Positions 9,771 to 19,362 of a DNA stretch of 64,000 nt are shown in pieces (within the stretch, counting starts at the first letter, position 1; every line of letters begins with the position of its first letter). The position numbers and the translations under genes are program-made. The notes beneath the pieces are model-generated. The model ran no database searches and was not told the DNA's origin. It was given only the letters and a program-made list of their open reading frames with translations. This DNA is from a virus. The stretch lies in IMG/VR virus record IMGVR_UViG_3300050821_003950, positions 31,608-95,607 of that record, one strand, 5' to 3'.

Positions 9771-11252
9771 ATGGAGCAGACGCAAGCGGTCGCCGACCCG
9801 GCGCGGCGCATTCAGACGCTCATCGTCGTGAAGCGGACCGAGGCCGAGTTTCAGGATTGGATTGCGACCGAGCCCGGGTTCTTGACGACCTTCGGGTCCT
9901 ACGACGAGGAGCCGATTCAGCTCGAACCCTATCAGCTCGCCTTCATGAGCTGCGACGCGCCCTTCCGCAGCGTCGAGAAGTCGCGGCAAGTCGGCTACTC
10001 GTGGATGTTCGCGGGCGAGACGCTCGCGCGCTCGCACCTTCGCGATCAGTACACGGGGATCTTCGTCTCGTACAATCTCGCCGACGCGAAGGAGAAGATC
10101 GCCTACGTGCAGCAAATGCACGAAGAGCTTCCTCTCGAATTTCAGAAGAAGAAGGTCACCGACTCGAAGCTAGAGATCGCGTTCCAATCGAACGGCGCGC
10201 ACCGTCGCGTCTCGCGCATCATCTCGAACCCGAGCAAGGCGCCCCGAGGAAAGAAGGGCGACATCTATCTCGACGAGCTGGCGCACTGCTCCAACGACAA
10301 GGAAATCTACAAGGGCTCGACTGCGCTGATCATCCGTGCGACTGGCTCTCAGCTCACCGTGTGCTCGTCGCCGCTCGGCCGCCGCGGCGTGTTCTGGGAG
10401 ATCGCGCGCCAAGAGATCAAGCCCTATCCCGGCTACTGGCGGCAAGCGGTGCCGTGGTGGCTCTGCTCGATCATGTGCAAGGACATCGTCCTCGCCTCGC
10501 GCGAAGCGCCGAAGATGCAGACGGCCGATCGTGTCGCGCGCTTCGGCACGAAGAAGATCAAAGACCAGTTCGAGGCGCTGCTCATCGAGGACTTTCAGGA
10601 AGAGTTCGAGTGCGTCTACTCCGACGAGACGCTGACCTTCTTCCCCTACGAGCTGATCATCCCGTGCACCGATCCCGATGCCGAGCTTTGCGAAGACTTC
10701 GCCGACGTGAGGAAGAAGGCGAAGGGTCGGCTCGTGGCCGCCTACGACGTCGGCCGCAAGCGAGACCGATCCGAGCTGACGATCTGGGACGATCGCGACT
10801 ACGAGATCGAGATGATGCTCGCGCGCACTTACGAGCGCACTCCGTTCGCCGATCAGAAGAACGACCTCATCGCCATGATGACGATCCTCCCGATCGCGCG
10901 GCTCTCGATCGACAACACCGGGATCGGAATGAATTTGGCCGAGGACGTCGAGGCCGAGTTCCCCGCCGCGGTCGTGCGCGAGGACTTCACGTCGGCGGTC
11001 AAAGAGGTGTGGTGCACCGACTTCAAGATCGGCTTGCAGAAGAAGCGGATCAAGATGCCGCGCGAGCGCGACCTCATCGCGCAGATCCATTCGATCAAGA
11101 AGAACGTCACGCCGGGCGGCCGAGTGACCTTCGACGCCGAGCGCGACGCGAAGGGGCACGCGGATAAGTTCTGGTCCTGCGCGATGGCGTGCCGTAAAGA
11201 GAGGGGCGAGCTGCAAGTCGAGAGCAGTGTTCGCGCGCGCGTGTTCGGATGA
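9771..11252 (+). CDS. terL: terminase large subunit
   Basis: Walker A KSRQVGYS, Walker B IYLDE, FQEEFEC, nuclease YDVGRKRD and HADKFWS. Confidence 0.93.
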   Translation: MEQTQAVADPARRIQTLIVVKRTEAEFQDWIATEPGFLTTFGSYDEEPIQLEPYQLAFMSCDAPFRSVEKSRQVGYSWMFAGETLARSHLRDQYTGIFVSYNLADAKEKIAYVQQMHEELPLEFQKKKVTDSKLEIAFQSNGAHRRVSRIISNPSKAPRGKKGDIYLDELAHCSNDKEIYKGSTALIIRATGSQLTVCSSPLGRRGVFWEIARQEIKPYPGYWRQAVPWWLCSIMCKDIVLASREAPKMQTADRVARFGTKKIKDQFEALLIEDFQEEFECVYSDETLTFFPYELIIPCTDPDAELCEDFADVRKKAKGRLVAAYDVGRKRDRSELTIWDDRDYEIEMMLARTYERTPFADQKNDLIAMMTILPIARLSIDNTGIGMNLAEDVEAEFPAAVVREDFTSAVKEVWCTDFKIGLQKKRIKMPRERDLIAQIHSIKKNVTPGGRVTFDAERDAKGHADKFWSCAMACRKERGELQVESSVRARVFG

Positions 11253-11467
11253 GTGCTAACGCCCCCAAGCTCGCCGCGGCTCGGCAGTCGGAGCCCGAGA
11301 CCGAAGAGGTCATCGATCGCAAGCGGGCCGAGGGGCTCGCGCGCGTGGGTCGGCTCATCGCGCGGTTGCAGTCGAGCGGCTACTACGGCAAGGTGACCGT
11401 CTCGATGCAGAACGGCAAGGTCGTCGAGGTGCGGACTGAACAAGTGCTCGGGCTCGCCGATTTCTAG
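11249..11467 (+). CDS. small DUF2292/YezD-like protein
   Basis: YGKVTVSMQNGKVVEVRTEQ pattern; ATGA overlap with terL. Confidence 0.6.
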   Translation: MSANAPKLAAARQSEPETEEVIDRKRAEGLARVGRLIARLQSSGYYGKVTVSMQNGKVVEVRTEQVLGLADF

Positions 11468-11473
11468 GATAGG

Positions 11474-11803
11474 ATGGGCGCGATGGGACCGCAGACTTGG
11501 ACCGTGAAGCTCTTCGAGGCGCGCACGTCCGTCGAGTTCTCGAAGACGAAGAAGGCGGCCGATCCGATCGAGACCTTCGGCGTGTCGGCGGCCGGGTCCG
11601 ATGCAGCGAAAGCCGCGGCGCGGTCGTGGCTCAAGTCACGCGGTCACACGGTGCGGACGATCGGCGTGTCGGCGTCGAAGGACGATAAGCGAACCCTGAT
11701 CGTCTACGTGAAAGCCGGCTCGGGTTCGGAGTCGCGCGCGTTCCTGGCCGCGCAGGCGGCGAAGAGAGTACCCCACGGACTGCCCCCGAAGAGGACCGCA
11801 TGA
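11474..11803 (+). CDS. hypothetical protein
   Basis: operon position and codon bias. Confidence 0.6.
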   Translation: MGAMGPQTWTVKLFEARTSVEFSKTKKAADPIETFGVSAAGSDAAKAAARSWLKSRGHTVRTIGVSASKDDKRTLIVYVKAGSGSESRAFLAAQAAKRVPHGLPPKRTA

Positions 11804-12198
11804 AACGACAGTCGCAGCAAATCGCGCCGCTCCCGAACATCGCCTACAACGCGGGCGGCGGGACGATCAACGCGCCCGCGGCGGGCTCGACGAGCACACC
11901 TCTCGACGTCAGCCCCGGGCGTGACGGGTTCTCGTTGCAGGTCGAGGCGCCCGGCGCGTCTTCGACGTTCGCCGTCGACGGCTCGCTCGACGAGGGCAAG
12001 ACGTGGGTGGATCTCTCGTCGTCGATGACGAATCTCGGCGCGGCCGACGCGGTCATCACGCCACCCATCGCCGCGGCGGGCATCTACCAGTTCCCGCACA
12101 ACTTCCCCGGTATGGCGCGAGTGCGATGCCTCGTCGTCACGGGCAGTACGCCGGGCAGCGCGTATCTGAGCTTCCAAGACTCGCGAGTCTCTCAGTAA
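11800..12198 (+). CDS. hypothetical virion protein
   Basis: ATGA coupling; beta-rich vdGSlD.G..W pattern. Confidence 0.65.
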   Translation: MKRQSQQIAPLPNIAYNAGGGTINAPAAGSTSTPLDVSPGRDGFSLQVEAPGASSTFAVDGSLDEGKTWVDLSSSMTNLGAADAVITPPIAAAGIYQFPHNFPGMARVRCLVVTGSTPGSAYLSFQDSRVSQ

Positions 12199-12207
12199 AG
12201 GCCGCAC

Positions 12208-14175
12208 GTGGCGGCTCGCACCTCGCTCCCGAACGCGCGCGAAGTCTCCAAGGGCTTCGACGCGATGGTCGCCGACGTCCACGCGCGCGTGATCGAAGCT
12301 CGCACGCTCACGACGGCGGACGCGATCATGCACGGCGCGACGGGGCCGATGGTCGTCGCGAAGGCGGGCGGCATCGGCGAGCCCGACGAGAGCACGGGAA
12401 CGAACCAAGTCACCCGCGACGACTACGCGACCGCGTTCACGAACCTCGGCGCGATCGACCCGGTCTACGACCCCGAGATGCTCGCGCTGCTCTTCGAGCA
12501 TTCGAACAGCCTTCGGCAGAACGTCGACTCTTACGCGGTGAACATCGAAGGCTTCGGTCATCGCTTCGACCCGCTCTTCGACCTCTCGGCCAAGAACATC
12601 GATCAGCGACTCGGCGACGCAATCTTCACCGATCGTCAGCGCGCGCTCGACGAGGCGGCCGAGCCGACGGACGCGAAGTACCCGACGCCCGAAGAGATCG
12701 CCGAGAAGAAGAAGGAGATCGAACGCATCATGCGGATGGAGAAAATCCGCCTGACGCACTTCTTCGAGTATTGCTCGCCCGACACGAGCTTCGTCACCCT
12801 GCGCAAAAAGACGCGTCAGGATCTCGAAGTGATGGGGAACGCCTATTGGGAGATCCTCCGCAACCGCGGCGGGCAGATCGTTCAGTTCGTCTACATGGCG
12901 GGCTTCACGATGCGACTGCTCCCGCTCGACATGGATCCCGTCGTCGTCTCGCACAAGATCCGCGTGAGCGATCTTTCCTTCGACGAGGTCACCTATTCGA
13001 CGCGGCTTCGCCGCTACGTGCAGGTCGTCGAGGGGCGCGCGGTCTTCTTCAAAGAGCTGGGCGATCCGCGCATCATCTCGTCGCAGAGCGGCGCCGTGTT
13101 CAACGATCTTGATCAGCTCGCGCGCATCGAGCCGAATGTGCGGCCCGCGAACGAGCTTCTGCACTTTCGGATTCACTCGCCTCGCTCGCCCTACGGCGTG
13201 CCGCGATGGATCGGCAACCTTCTCGCGGTCATCGGCTCGCGCCAAGCCGAAGAGGTGAACTTCAACTACTTCGAGAACAAGAGCGTCCCGCCGCTCGCGA
13301 TCCTCGTCTCGGGCGGGCGCATGTCGCAGTCGTCCGTCGACCGCGTGACCGACTACATCGAGGCGAACCTCAAGGGGAAGCGCAACTTCCACAAGATCCT
13401 AGTTCTCGAAGCCGAGGCGGCGACGGGCGGCAAGGCGAGCGACGCGAACACCGCGAAGATGAAGATCGCGATCCAACCGCTCACCGGGGCGCAGCACACC
13501 GACGCGCTCTTTCAGAATTACGACGAGCGGAACATCGACAAGGTCGGGCAGAGCTTCCGACTCCCGCGCATGCTCCGCGGCGACATCCGAGACTTCAACC
13601 GCTCGACGGCGGACGCCGCGCTCGTGTTCGCCGAGATGCAGGTCTTCGAGCCCGAGCGTCAAGAGTTCGACTTCATCCTGAACCGCAAGATCCTCTCAAT
13701 GATCGGCGTCCGATTCTGGCGGCTCGTCTCGCTCGCGCCCGTGATGCGCGACCCGGTCGCCATGGCGGCGATCCTGAAAGACCTCGCGAACGCGGGCGTG
13801 CTCATGCCCGAGGAGTCGCGCGAGCTGGCGGGCGACGTCTTCAATCGCGAGTTCAAGCATCTCGGCGCGGACTGGACGAAGCAACCGATCGCGCTCAGCG
13901 TGGCGGGCGTGCCCGTGCAGCGCGAAGGCGTGACGCCCGAGCCTACGGGACCGAGAGAGCCGACCGACGAGCAAGGATGGGGCGAAGACGAGATCGCGCC
14001 CGATCTGCACGAGGGGCAAGGCATCGAAGCGCGACTTCGTAAGAGCTTCAAGGGCGCGCGTCTGCGCGAGGTGCGAAAGCTCCTCGCGATGCGAAAGGCG
14101 CTCAAGCTCGTCGCGCACGACGAGTGGATCGCTCGGCTCACGGCGGAAGCCAAGAGCGACGCTGCCGCGGAGTAA
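12208..14175 (+). CDS. portal protein (PBSX-like)
   Basis: DLEVMGNAYWE, ANELLHF, YGVPRW, NYFEN..VP, FNRSTA motifs; position after terL. Confidence 0.92.
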   Translation: MAARTSLPNAREVSKGFDAMVADVHARVIEARTLTTADAIMHGATGPMVVAKAGGIGEPDESTGTNQVTRDDYATAFTNLGAIDPVYDPEMLALLFEHSNSLRQNVDSYAVNIEGFGHRFDPLFDLSAKNIDQRLGDAIFTDRQRALDEAAEPTDAKYPTPEEIAEKKKEIERIMRMEKIRLTHFFEYCSPDTSFVTLRKKTRQDLEVMGNAYWEILRNRGGQIVQFVYMAGFTMRLLPLDMDPVVVSHKIRVSDLSFDEVTYSTRLRRYVQVVEGRAVFFKELGDPRIISSQSGAVFNDLDQLARIEPNVRPANELLHFRIHSPRSPYGVPRWIGNLLAVIGSRQAEEVNFNYFENKSVPPLAILVSGGRMSQSSVDRVTDYIEANLKGKRNFHKILVLEAEAATGGKASDANTAKMKIAIQPLTGAQHTDALFQNYDERNIDKVGQSFRLPRMLRGDIRDFNRSTADAALVFAEMQVFEPERQEFDFILNRKILSMIGVRFWRLVSLAPVMRDPVAMAAILKDLANAGVLMPEESRELAGDVFNREFKHLGADWTKQPIALSVAGVPVQREGVTPEPTGPREPTDEQGWGEDEIAPDLHEGQGIEARLRKSFKGARLREVRKLLAMRKALKLVAHDEWIARLTAEAKSDAAAE

Positions 14176-14179
14176 GCCC

Positions 14180-14452
14180 GTGCGCGTCAAGCGCTGCTAC
14201 ATGAAGTGCGCGCTCCGTCTCGCCGCGTGCGAGGTGAAGCGGATCCCGGTGAAGAACCTGCTCATCTTGAGCGGCTACTACGTCGGATGTCCCGCGTGCG
14301 GACGATCGATGACGGTCTCGACGACGCGCGCGCCCATCGTTGAAGAGGGGCTCGACCCGGGCGAGACGCCGCTCTTGTCGCTCGGCCCCGTTCCGTGCGA
14401 ATCGTGCGGAGTCGTGTTCAAGATCCTCCGAGACGAGGTGTCCCTTGTTTGA
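14180..14452 (+). CDS. zinc-finger protein
   Basis: CPACG and CESCG pairs. Confidence 0.6.
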   Translation: MRVKRCYMKCALRLAACEVKRIPVKNLLILSGYYVGCPACGRSMTVSTTRAPIVEEGLDPGETPLLSLGPVPCESCGVVFKILRDEVSLV

Positions 14453-17400
14453 GCTGTACGACGAGGGCGTCGTCGCGATCGACTACATCTTGAAGGACGC
14501 GCTTCACTACGAGGTCAGGAAGGCGCTCGACCCGCTGAACGCGCACCACTTCGAGATCCTGACGAAGTCGATCGCGCAGTCACTCAAGGGCCACGTGATC
14601 CCCGTCGAGGACGGCGCGCTCAAGAAGGCGATGAACGTGCTCGATGCGAAGTGGACCGAGATGACGCCCGCGGCGCGCGGCAAGCTGCTCGGCGTCGCGT
14701 CGAGCTACCTCGGCGCTCCGGTCGCGCACGCGGTCATGCCGAAGATCGAACAGACGCTCAAGTTCGCCGGGAAGGATCTCGTCGAGGACACGAAGAAGAG
14801 TTCGATCCACACCTACGATCTCAAGATTTCGCCGAGCCTGACCGCGCACGACGATCTCACGTTGTCGAGCCTGATCACCTCGAACGGCAACTACATCCGA
14901 GATCAGTACGGCAAGCGCTCCGAAGCGTTCAGCTTGAAGGCGAAGGGCGTCGTCGCGAACGGGATCTCGAAGGGGCTCGGTTCGTCCGACATCACCGAGG
15001 ATCTCGTCAAAGAGCTGGGCGACGCGCAGCGCGGGCGCGGCTATTGGGACATGATCGCGATGGTGTTCGCGAACCGCGCGCGGACGACGACGCAACTGCT
15101 CTCGTATCATGAGGCGGGGATCACCTCGTACCTATGGGAGAGCGTGCTCGACGAGGCGACGAGCGATCAGTGTCGCTTCATGCACGGCCGTCGGTTCAGC
15201 ATGAAGAAGGCGGTCGCCTCGATCGACAAGGTCGACGCGCTCAAGAACCCGGAAGAGATCGAACAGATTCAACCGTTCCTCTCGGTCGGCAACCATCCTG
15301 ACGGCGGTAAGGGCATCTACTACGACCGCGGCAACGGCGGCGGGCGCGCGTTCGTGACGCAGATCACGAGCAGCGCCGTCGGCTTCAAAGACGACACCGG
15401 AAGCTACTCGCACATGGGGACGGACGAGTCGCTCGAAGATCAAGGGCTGCACATGCCGCCGATCCACGGACGGTGCCGTTCGACGGTCATCCCGACCGAG
15501 AGCGCGACGTCGCCGGGCGGCGCTCCCCCCGAGCCCGTCGAGGAGCCCGCGGCGCCCCCGCCCCCGCCGAAACTCTCGGGCGGTGCGAAGAAAGCGGCAG
15601 CTCTCGCGCAGCTCGCCGACGTGAATCAAGGCGGCGAGGTCGACTCGTCGAAGTTCTTCGCGAATCACTCCGACGAGATCGACTACCTCGATCACCCGAT
15701 CTTCTCGGTCAATAGCAAGGCGAATTGGGAAGCGAACAAGGTCTCGAAGAAGCCGAACATCGACGACCTCACCTCGACGACGCCGAGCTTCGACGCCGAC
15801 AAGGTCGAGACGTACATCAAAAAGCCGACCGCGCTCGACAAGGCGAAGAAGCCGCAGGTCGTCAAATTCAAGGGGCAGTTCTTGATCCTGTCCGGGCACG
15901 AGCAGATCGCCGCGCAAAAGCTGATGGGGCAGAAGAAGGCTTACGTCGACTTCGTCGACCTCGACAAGCCGACGAAGTCGGGGCTCGTCGTCTCGCCCGT
16001 GGAGCCCGAGCCCCCCGAGACTTCGCTCGCGCACGTCATCACGCCCGTCGAGCCCGAGCCCCCCGCTCCTCCCCCGCCGCTCGCGCCCGCGCTCGTGCAC
16101 ACGAACCCGAGGGCAGCGGACCCCGAGTACCTGCGCGCCGAGGGCGTGAACATCTTGGGAGAGAAGACCGGCGACGCACGCGGCTCGAACAAGGGCGGCT
16201 TCTACACCGGCAAGGACGGCGTCGCGCGCTACGTGAAGTTCTACGAGGACCACTCGCAGGCGTGGAGCGAGCATCTCGCGAACTCGATCTATGCCGACCT
16301 CGGCCACGCGGCGCCCGAGTCGACGGTGTTCGAGCACGACGGAAAGATCGGCTACGCGTCCGAGATCGTCGCGGGCAAGACGTTGAAGGAAGCGATGAAG
16401 GGGACCGCTGCCGAAACGGTGAAGTACGCGAAAAAGATCATGAGCGGGTTCGCCGCGGACGTCCTCGTCGGAAATTGGGACGTCGTCGGGCTCGACTACG
16501 ACAACGTCATGGTGACGAACGCGGGGCAAGTGCTGCGCATCGACAACGGCGGATCGTTCCTCATGCGCGCGAAGGCGGGACGAAAGCCCCCGGGCGTGCT
16601 GAACGACATCACCGAGTGGGACAAGTTCATCGACGCCGGGGTGAACCCTTCCTACTCGACGGTCGCCGGGTTCGCGGGCGTGCACGCCGCGGGCGAGTTC
16701 ACCGACGAGATGAAGAAGCAAGTCATCGCCGAGATCGGGAAGATCATGGCGCTGCGCGACGCGCACGGCGGGTGGAAAGGCTACGTCGAGAACGTGGCTC
16801 CCGGGATCCCGTGGGCCGACAAGAACCTGATCGTCACCATGCTCGAATCGCGAACGAACCGACTTGAGATCAAGGCCGAGGAGTTGAAGCGGCCCGCGCC
16901 GGCCGATCGCGAGCAACCGATCATCGGTCATCTTCCCGTCAAGAAACTTCCGCCCGGTCGGATGCCGATGCCGCTCCCCGAAGGGCACACGGACAGTTAC
17001 AAATGGGACGAGATCGCGCGCTCGCGTTTTCGCGGTGCCCCCGGTCAGGACGGCGTCACGGTGTTCACCGGGAACACCTACGGGATGATCCGAGCCCACG
17101 AGCAAGGGCACGAGAAGTTCGAGGGGTCGTCGATCACTAGCTCAGCGAAGAAGGCGGCGAGCGACATCGAGAAATTCTTCAAGGCTGCGAAGCCGTCGCC
17201 GGGCACCACGGTCTACCGCGGGATCCATAACAAGAAGCTCTACGAGAACGGCCGCGAGATCGAGACGCTCTCGAACGAGAAGATGCAGGCGCTCCTCGAT
17301 CGAGAGTTCGTCGAGATGTCGGCGACGTCGTCGACGTCGTGGTCGCCGTCGACCGCGTTCAGCTTCGGGAACATCGACGAGTCGTCGGGCGGCTACGATA

Positions 17401-17657
17401 GCAAGATGAACCGCGTCCTCTTCGTCATGAAGCAAAAGTCGGGCGTGTGCGTGAAGCCGATCTCGCGGTCGGACAGCGAGAATGAGTTCCTTCTCAAGCA
17501 GGGGACGACGTTCAAGATCACCGATCGCTATCGGATCCCGAATCAGAAAAACGTGCTCGTGATCGAGTGCGAGGAAGTGCCCAAGAAACAGCCCGAGCCG
17601 AAGACGTGGAAGCGGTATGACGCCACTGGCACACGAGGCGAAGAAGGGTTACAATAG
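14445..17657 (+). CDS. MuF (SPP1 gp7-like) head protein fused to ParB-like, kinase-like and ADP-ribosyltransferase domains
   Basis: TTG after GAGGTG; WESVLDEATSDQC..MHG and PPIHGRCRS (MuF); YVK/EHLA/NWDV/DN/RIDNG (kinase-like); VYRG/SSTS/ENE (ART). Confidence 0.88.
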   Translation: MFELYDEGVVAIDYILKDALHYEVRKALDPLNAHHFEILTKSIAQSLKGHVIPVEDGALKKAMNVLDAKWTEMTPAARGKLLGVASSYLGAPVAHAVMPKIEQTLKFAGKDLVEDTKKSSIHTYDLKISPSLTAHDDLTLSSLITSNGNYIRDQYGKRSEAFSLKAKGVVANGISKGLGSSDITEDLVKELGDAQRGRGYWDMIAMVFANRARTTTQLLSYHEAGITSYLWESVLDEATSDQCRFMHGRRFSMKKAVASIDKVDALKNPEEIEQIQPFLSVGNHPDGGKGIYYDRGNGGGRAFVTQITSSAVGFKDDTGSYSHMGTDESLEDQGLHMPPIHGRCRSTVIPTESATSPGGAPPEPVEEPAAPPPPPKLSGGAKKAAALAQLADVNQGGEVDSSKFFANHSDEIDYLDHPIFSVNSKANWEANKVSKKPNIDDLTSTTPSFDADKVETYIKKPTALDKAKKPQVVKFKGQFLILSGHEQIAAQKLMGQKKAYVDFVDLDKPTKSGLVVSPVEPEPPETSLAHVITPVEPEPPAPPPPLAPALVHTNPRAADPEYLRAEGVNILGEKTGDARGSNKGGFYTGKDGVARYVKFYEDHSQAWSEHLANSIYADLGHAAPESTVFEHDGKIGYASEIVAGKTLKEAMKGTAAETVKYAKKIMSGFAADVLVGNWDVVGLDYDNVMVTNAGQVLRIDNGGSFLMRAKAGRKPPGVLNDITEWDKFIDAGVNPSYSTVAGFAGVHAAGEFTDEMKKQVIAEIGKIMALRDAHGGWKGYVENVAPGIPWADKNLIVTMLESRTNRLEIKAEELKRPAPADREQPIIGHLPVKKLPPGRMPMPLPEGHTDSYKWDEIARSRFRGAPGQDGVTVFTGNTYGMIRAHEQGHEKFEGSSITSSAKKAASDIEKFFKAAKPSPGTTVYRGIHNKKLYENGREIETLSNEKMQALLDREFVEMSATSSTSWSPSTAFSFGNIDESSGGYDSKMNRVLFVMKQKSGVCVKPISRSDSENEFLLKQGTTFKITDRYRIPNQKNVLVIECEEVPKKQPEPKTWKRYDATGTRGEEGLQ

Positions 17658-17661
17658 AGAC

Positions 17662-17880
17662 ATGACCACTAGGAGCGACGAGACGGCCGACGGCTACAAG
17701 CTCCCGAGGTACGGCAAGCTTCGCGGGAAGCGTGTGCTCCTCAAGGACGCGCCTGACCGGCTCTCGGCGAGCGATCTCGGCGAGGTGACGGCGATGGTCG
17801 ACGGGAAGAGGATCCGACCTTGGCGTTTCTCGTCTGACGGCTCCGAGGTCAAGGTTCTCGACGACCGGGTCCTGATCTGA
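17662..17880 (+). CDS. small protein after MuF-ART, candidate immunity protein
   Basis: ATG 6 nt after TACAAT; position only, no motif. Confidence 0.45.
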   Translation: MTTRSDETADGYKLPRYGKLRGKRVLLKDAPDRLSASDLGEVTAMVDGKRIRPWRFSSDGSEVKVLDDRVLI

Positions 17881-17901
17881 AAGTAAAGCGGTAGCTCGGG
17901 C

Positions 17902-17930
17902 TGTTCAATCGCCCGGGAGCGGGATAGGCT
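17902..17930 (+). promoter_or_regulatory. leaderless-type promoter
   Basis: TGTTCA-17-TAGGCT-7-ATG. Confidence 0.7.
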
Positions 17931-17937
17931 CCCCTGC

Positions 17938-18261
17938 ATGGCGTCGGTCGTCACGTCCACACCGGGCACGTTCGCGAAGCTCGTCGAAGAGGGACAGGTC
18001 GGTCGCGTCACGCTCGCGATCGAGGACGCGATCTCGAAGTCGTTCGAGACCCACCCGATGCGTCAGGGCGTCACGGGGATCACGTCCTCCGAGGTGAAGC
18101 GCCGGTTCGATCTATGCGCCTCGGTCTTCGTCGCGCTCCGCGGGGACATGAAGTGGAGCGTCGCGCGCGCGTGCGACCATCTCGCGCTCTACTTGAAGGA
18201 CGAGCTTGACGGCGTCGACTGGAAACCGAACGTCCGCAAGTGTTGGATGCCGGGGGACTGA
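17938..18261 (+). CDS. hypothetical protein
   Basis: leaderless-type promoter; codon bias. Confidence 0.65.
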   Translation: MASVVTSTPGTFAKLVEEGQVGRVTLAIEDAISKSFETHPMRQGVTGITSSEVKRRFDLCASVFVALRGDMKWSVARACDHLALYLKDELDGVDWKPNVRKCWMPGD

Positions 18262-18264
18262 GCG

Positions 18265-19350
18265 ATGGCCGAATGGTCGACCGCCTACGTGAACAACCTC
18301 CCCGACTCGTCGTTTCTCTTCATCGAGGGCGGCGGCGAGAAGGACGAAGAGGGCAAGACGAAGCCGCGCTCGCTTCGGCATCTCCCGTGGAAGGACGCCG
18401 ACGGTAAGGTCGACGACGCGCACGCGCACAACGCGCTTTCGAGAATCCCGCAGACGGACGGGCTCTCGGCTGATAGAAAGTCATCGCTACAGGACAAGGT
18501 TCGTCGAGCCCTCGGCATCGACACGGAGAAAGACATGAGCACGATCAAGGACACGCTGGCGAAGATCGAGACGCTTCTCGGTGCGACCGTGGGGCTGACG
18601 AAGTCGGTCGAGTTCACGCCGGCCGAGTTCGTCGTGTACGCGCACGAGCAGATCGCGAAGGCCGCGACCGAGAAGGGCGAGCAGTCGACCAAGCGACTGA
18701 AGGCGCTCTACAACGCGGTCGTCGTGTTCAAGGACAACTACGTCGACGGCGAGAGCGAGAGCGTGAAGGTTCCGATCACGTGGCCCGACACGACCGCGAT
18801 GGACGAGAAGTCGAATCAGCTCACCGATCCCGCGAAGTCGGTCACGCAACCGAAACAGACCGCGTTCGCGACTGGTTTCGTCGCGAAGGTCGACGCGCTC
18901 AAGAGTGCGATCGAAGAGCTGAAGGCGGCGGCGGTCGACGAGCCCGAGGACGAAGAGACCAAGGCCAAGAAGGCGGCCGAGGAAGAGGAAGACAAGAAGG
19001 CGCAGAAGGCGCTCGAAGACGCGGGGCTGACCGAGGCGGCGAAGCGCCTCTTCGCGAAGGCGAAGGGAAAGAAGGAGTGGGGCAGCGACGCCGCGGGGGC
19101 GAGTGCTCCCGAAGCCGCGGGTCCCGCCGCGCCGAAACCGCCGAAGAAGCCGACGCCCCCGGGCGAGTCGCCCGAGGCGACCGATACGAAGGCGAAGAAG
19201 GGCGACGAGGTCGTCACGAAGGGCATCGACGTCGCGCCGGACGGCACCGTGTGGCCGGGCGACTTGAACACGCCCGAGTTCGTGAAGGACGGCACGGTCC
19301 CCACGGCGAAATCGTTGGAGTGGGGTAGCGACACGCCGGCCGGCAAGTGA
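18265..19350 (+). CDS. scaffold-like head protein, partial paralogue of 23184..24251
   Basis: N-terminal NNLPDSSF...RHLP module; shared ETKAKKAA...AGLTEAAKRL and WP.D.N.P segments. Confidence 0.7.
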   Translation: MAEWSTAYVNNLPDSSFLFIEGGGEKDEEGKTKPRSLRHLPWKDADGKVDDAHAHNALSRIPQTDGLSADRKSSLQDKVRRALGIDTEKDMSTIKDTLAKIETLLGATVGLTKSVEFTPAEFVVYAHEQIAKAATEKGEQSTKRLKALYNAVVVFKDNYVDGESESVKVPITWPDTTAMDEKSNQLTDPAKSVTQPKQTAFATGFVAKVDALKSAIEELKAAAVDEPEDEETKAKKAAEEEEDKKAQKALEDAGLTEAAKRLFAKAKGKKEWGSDAAGASAPEAAGPAAPKPPKKPTPPGESPEATDTKAKKGDEVVTKGIDVAPDGTVWPGDLNTPEFVKDGTVPTAKSLEWGSDTPAGK

Positions 19351-19362
19351 TCGGGGGTCTTC

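Noticed and set aside
9325-11252. Intron or intein associated with the GIY-YIG gene or terminase
   Set aside because: TerL is uninterrupted and of normal length; the nuclease is free-standing on the opposite strand.
17627-17643. Fifth sigma-54 promoter at TGGCACACGAGGCGAAG
   Set aside because: No GC at the -12 position; better read as a -35/box A overlap with TACAAT.
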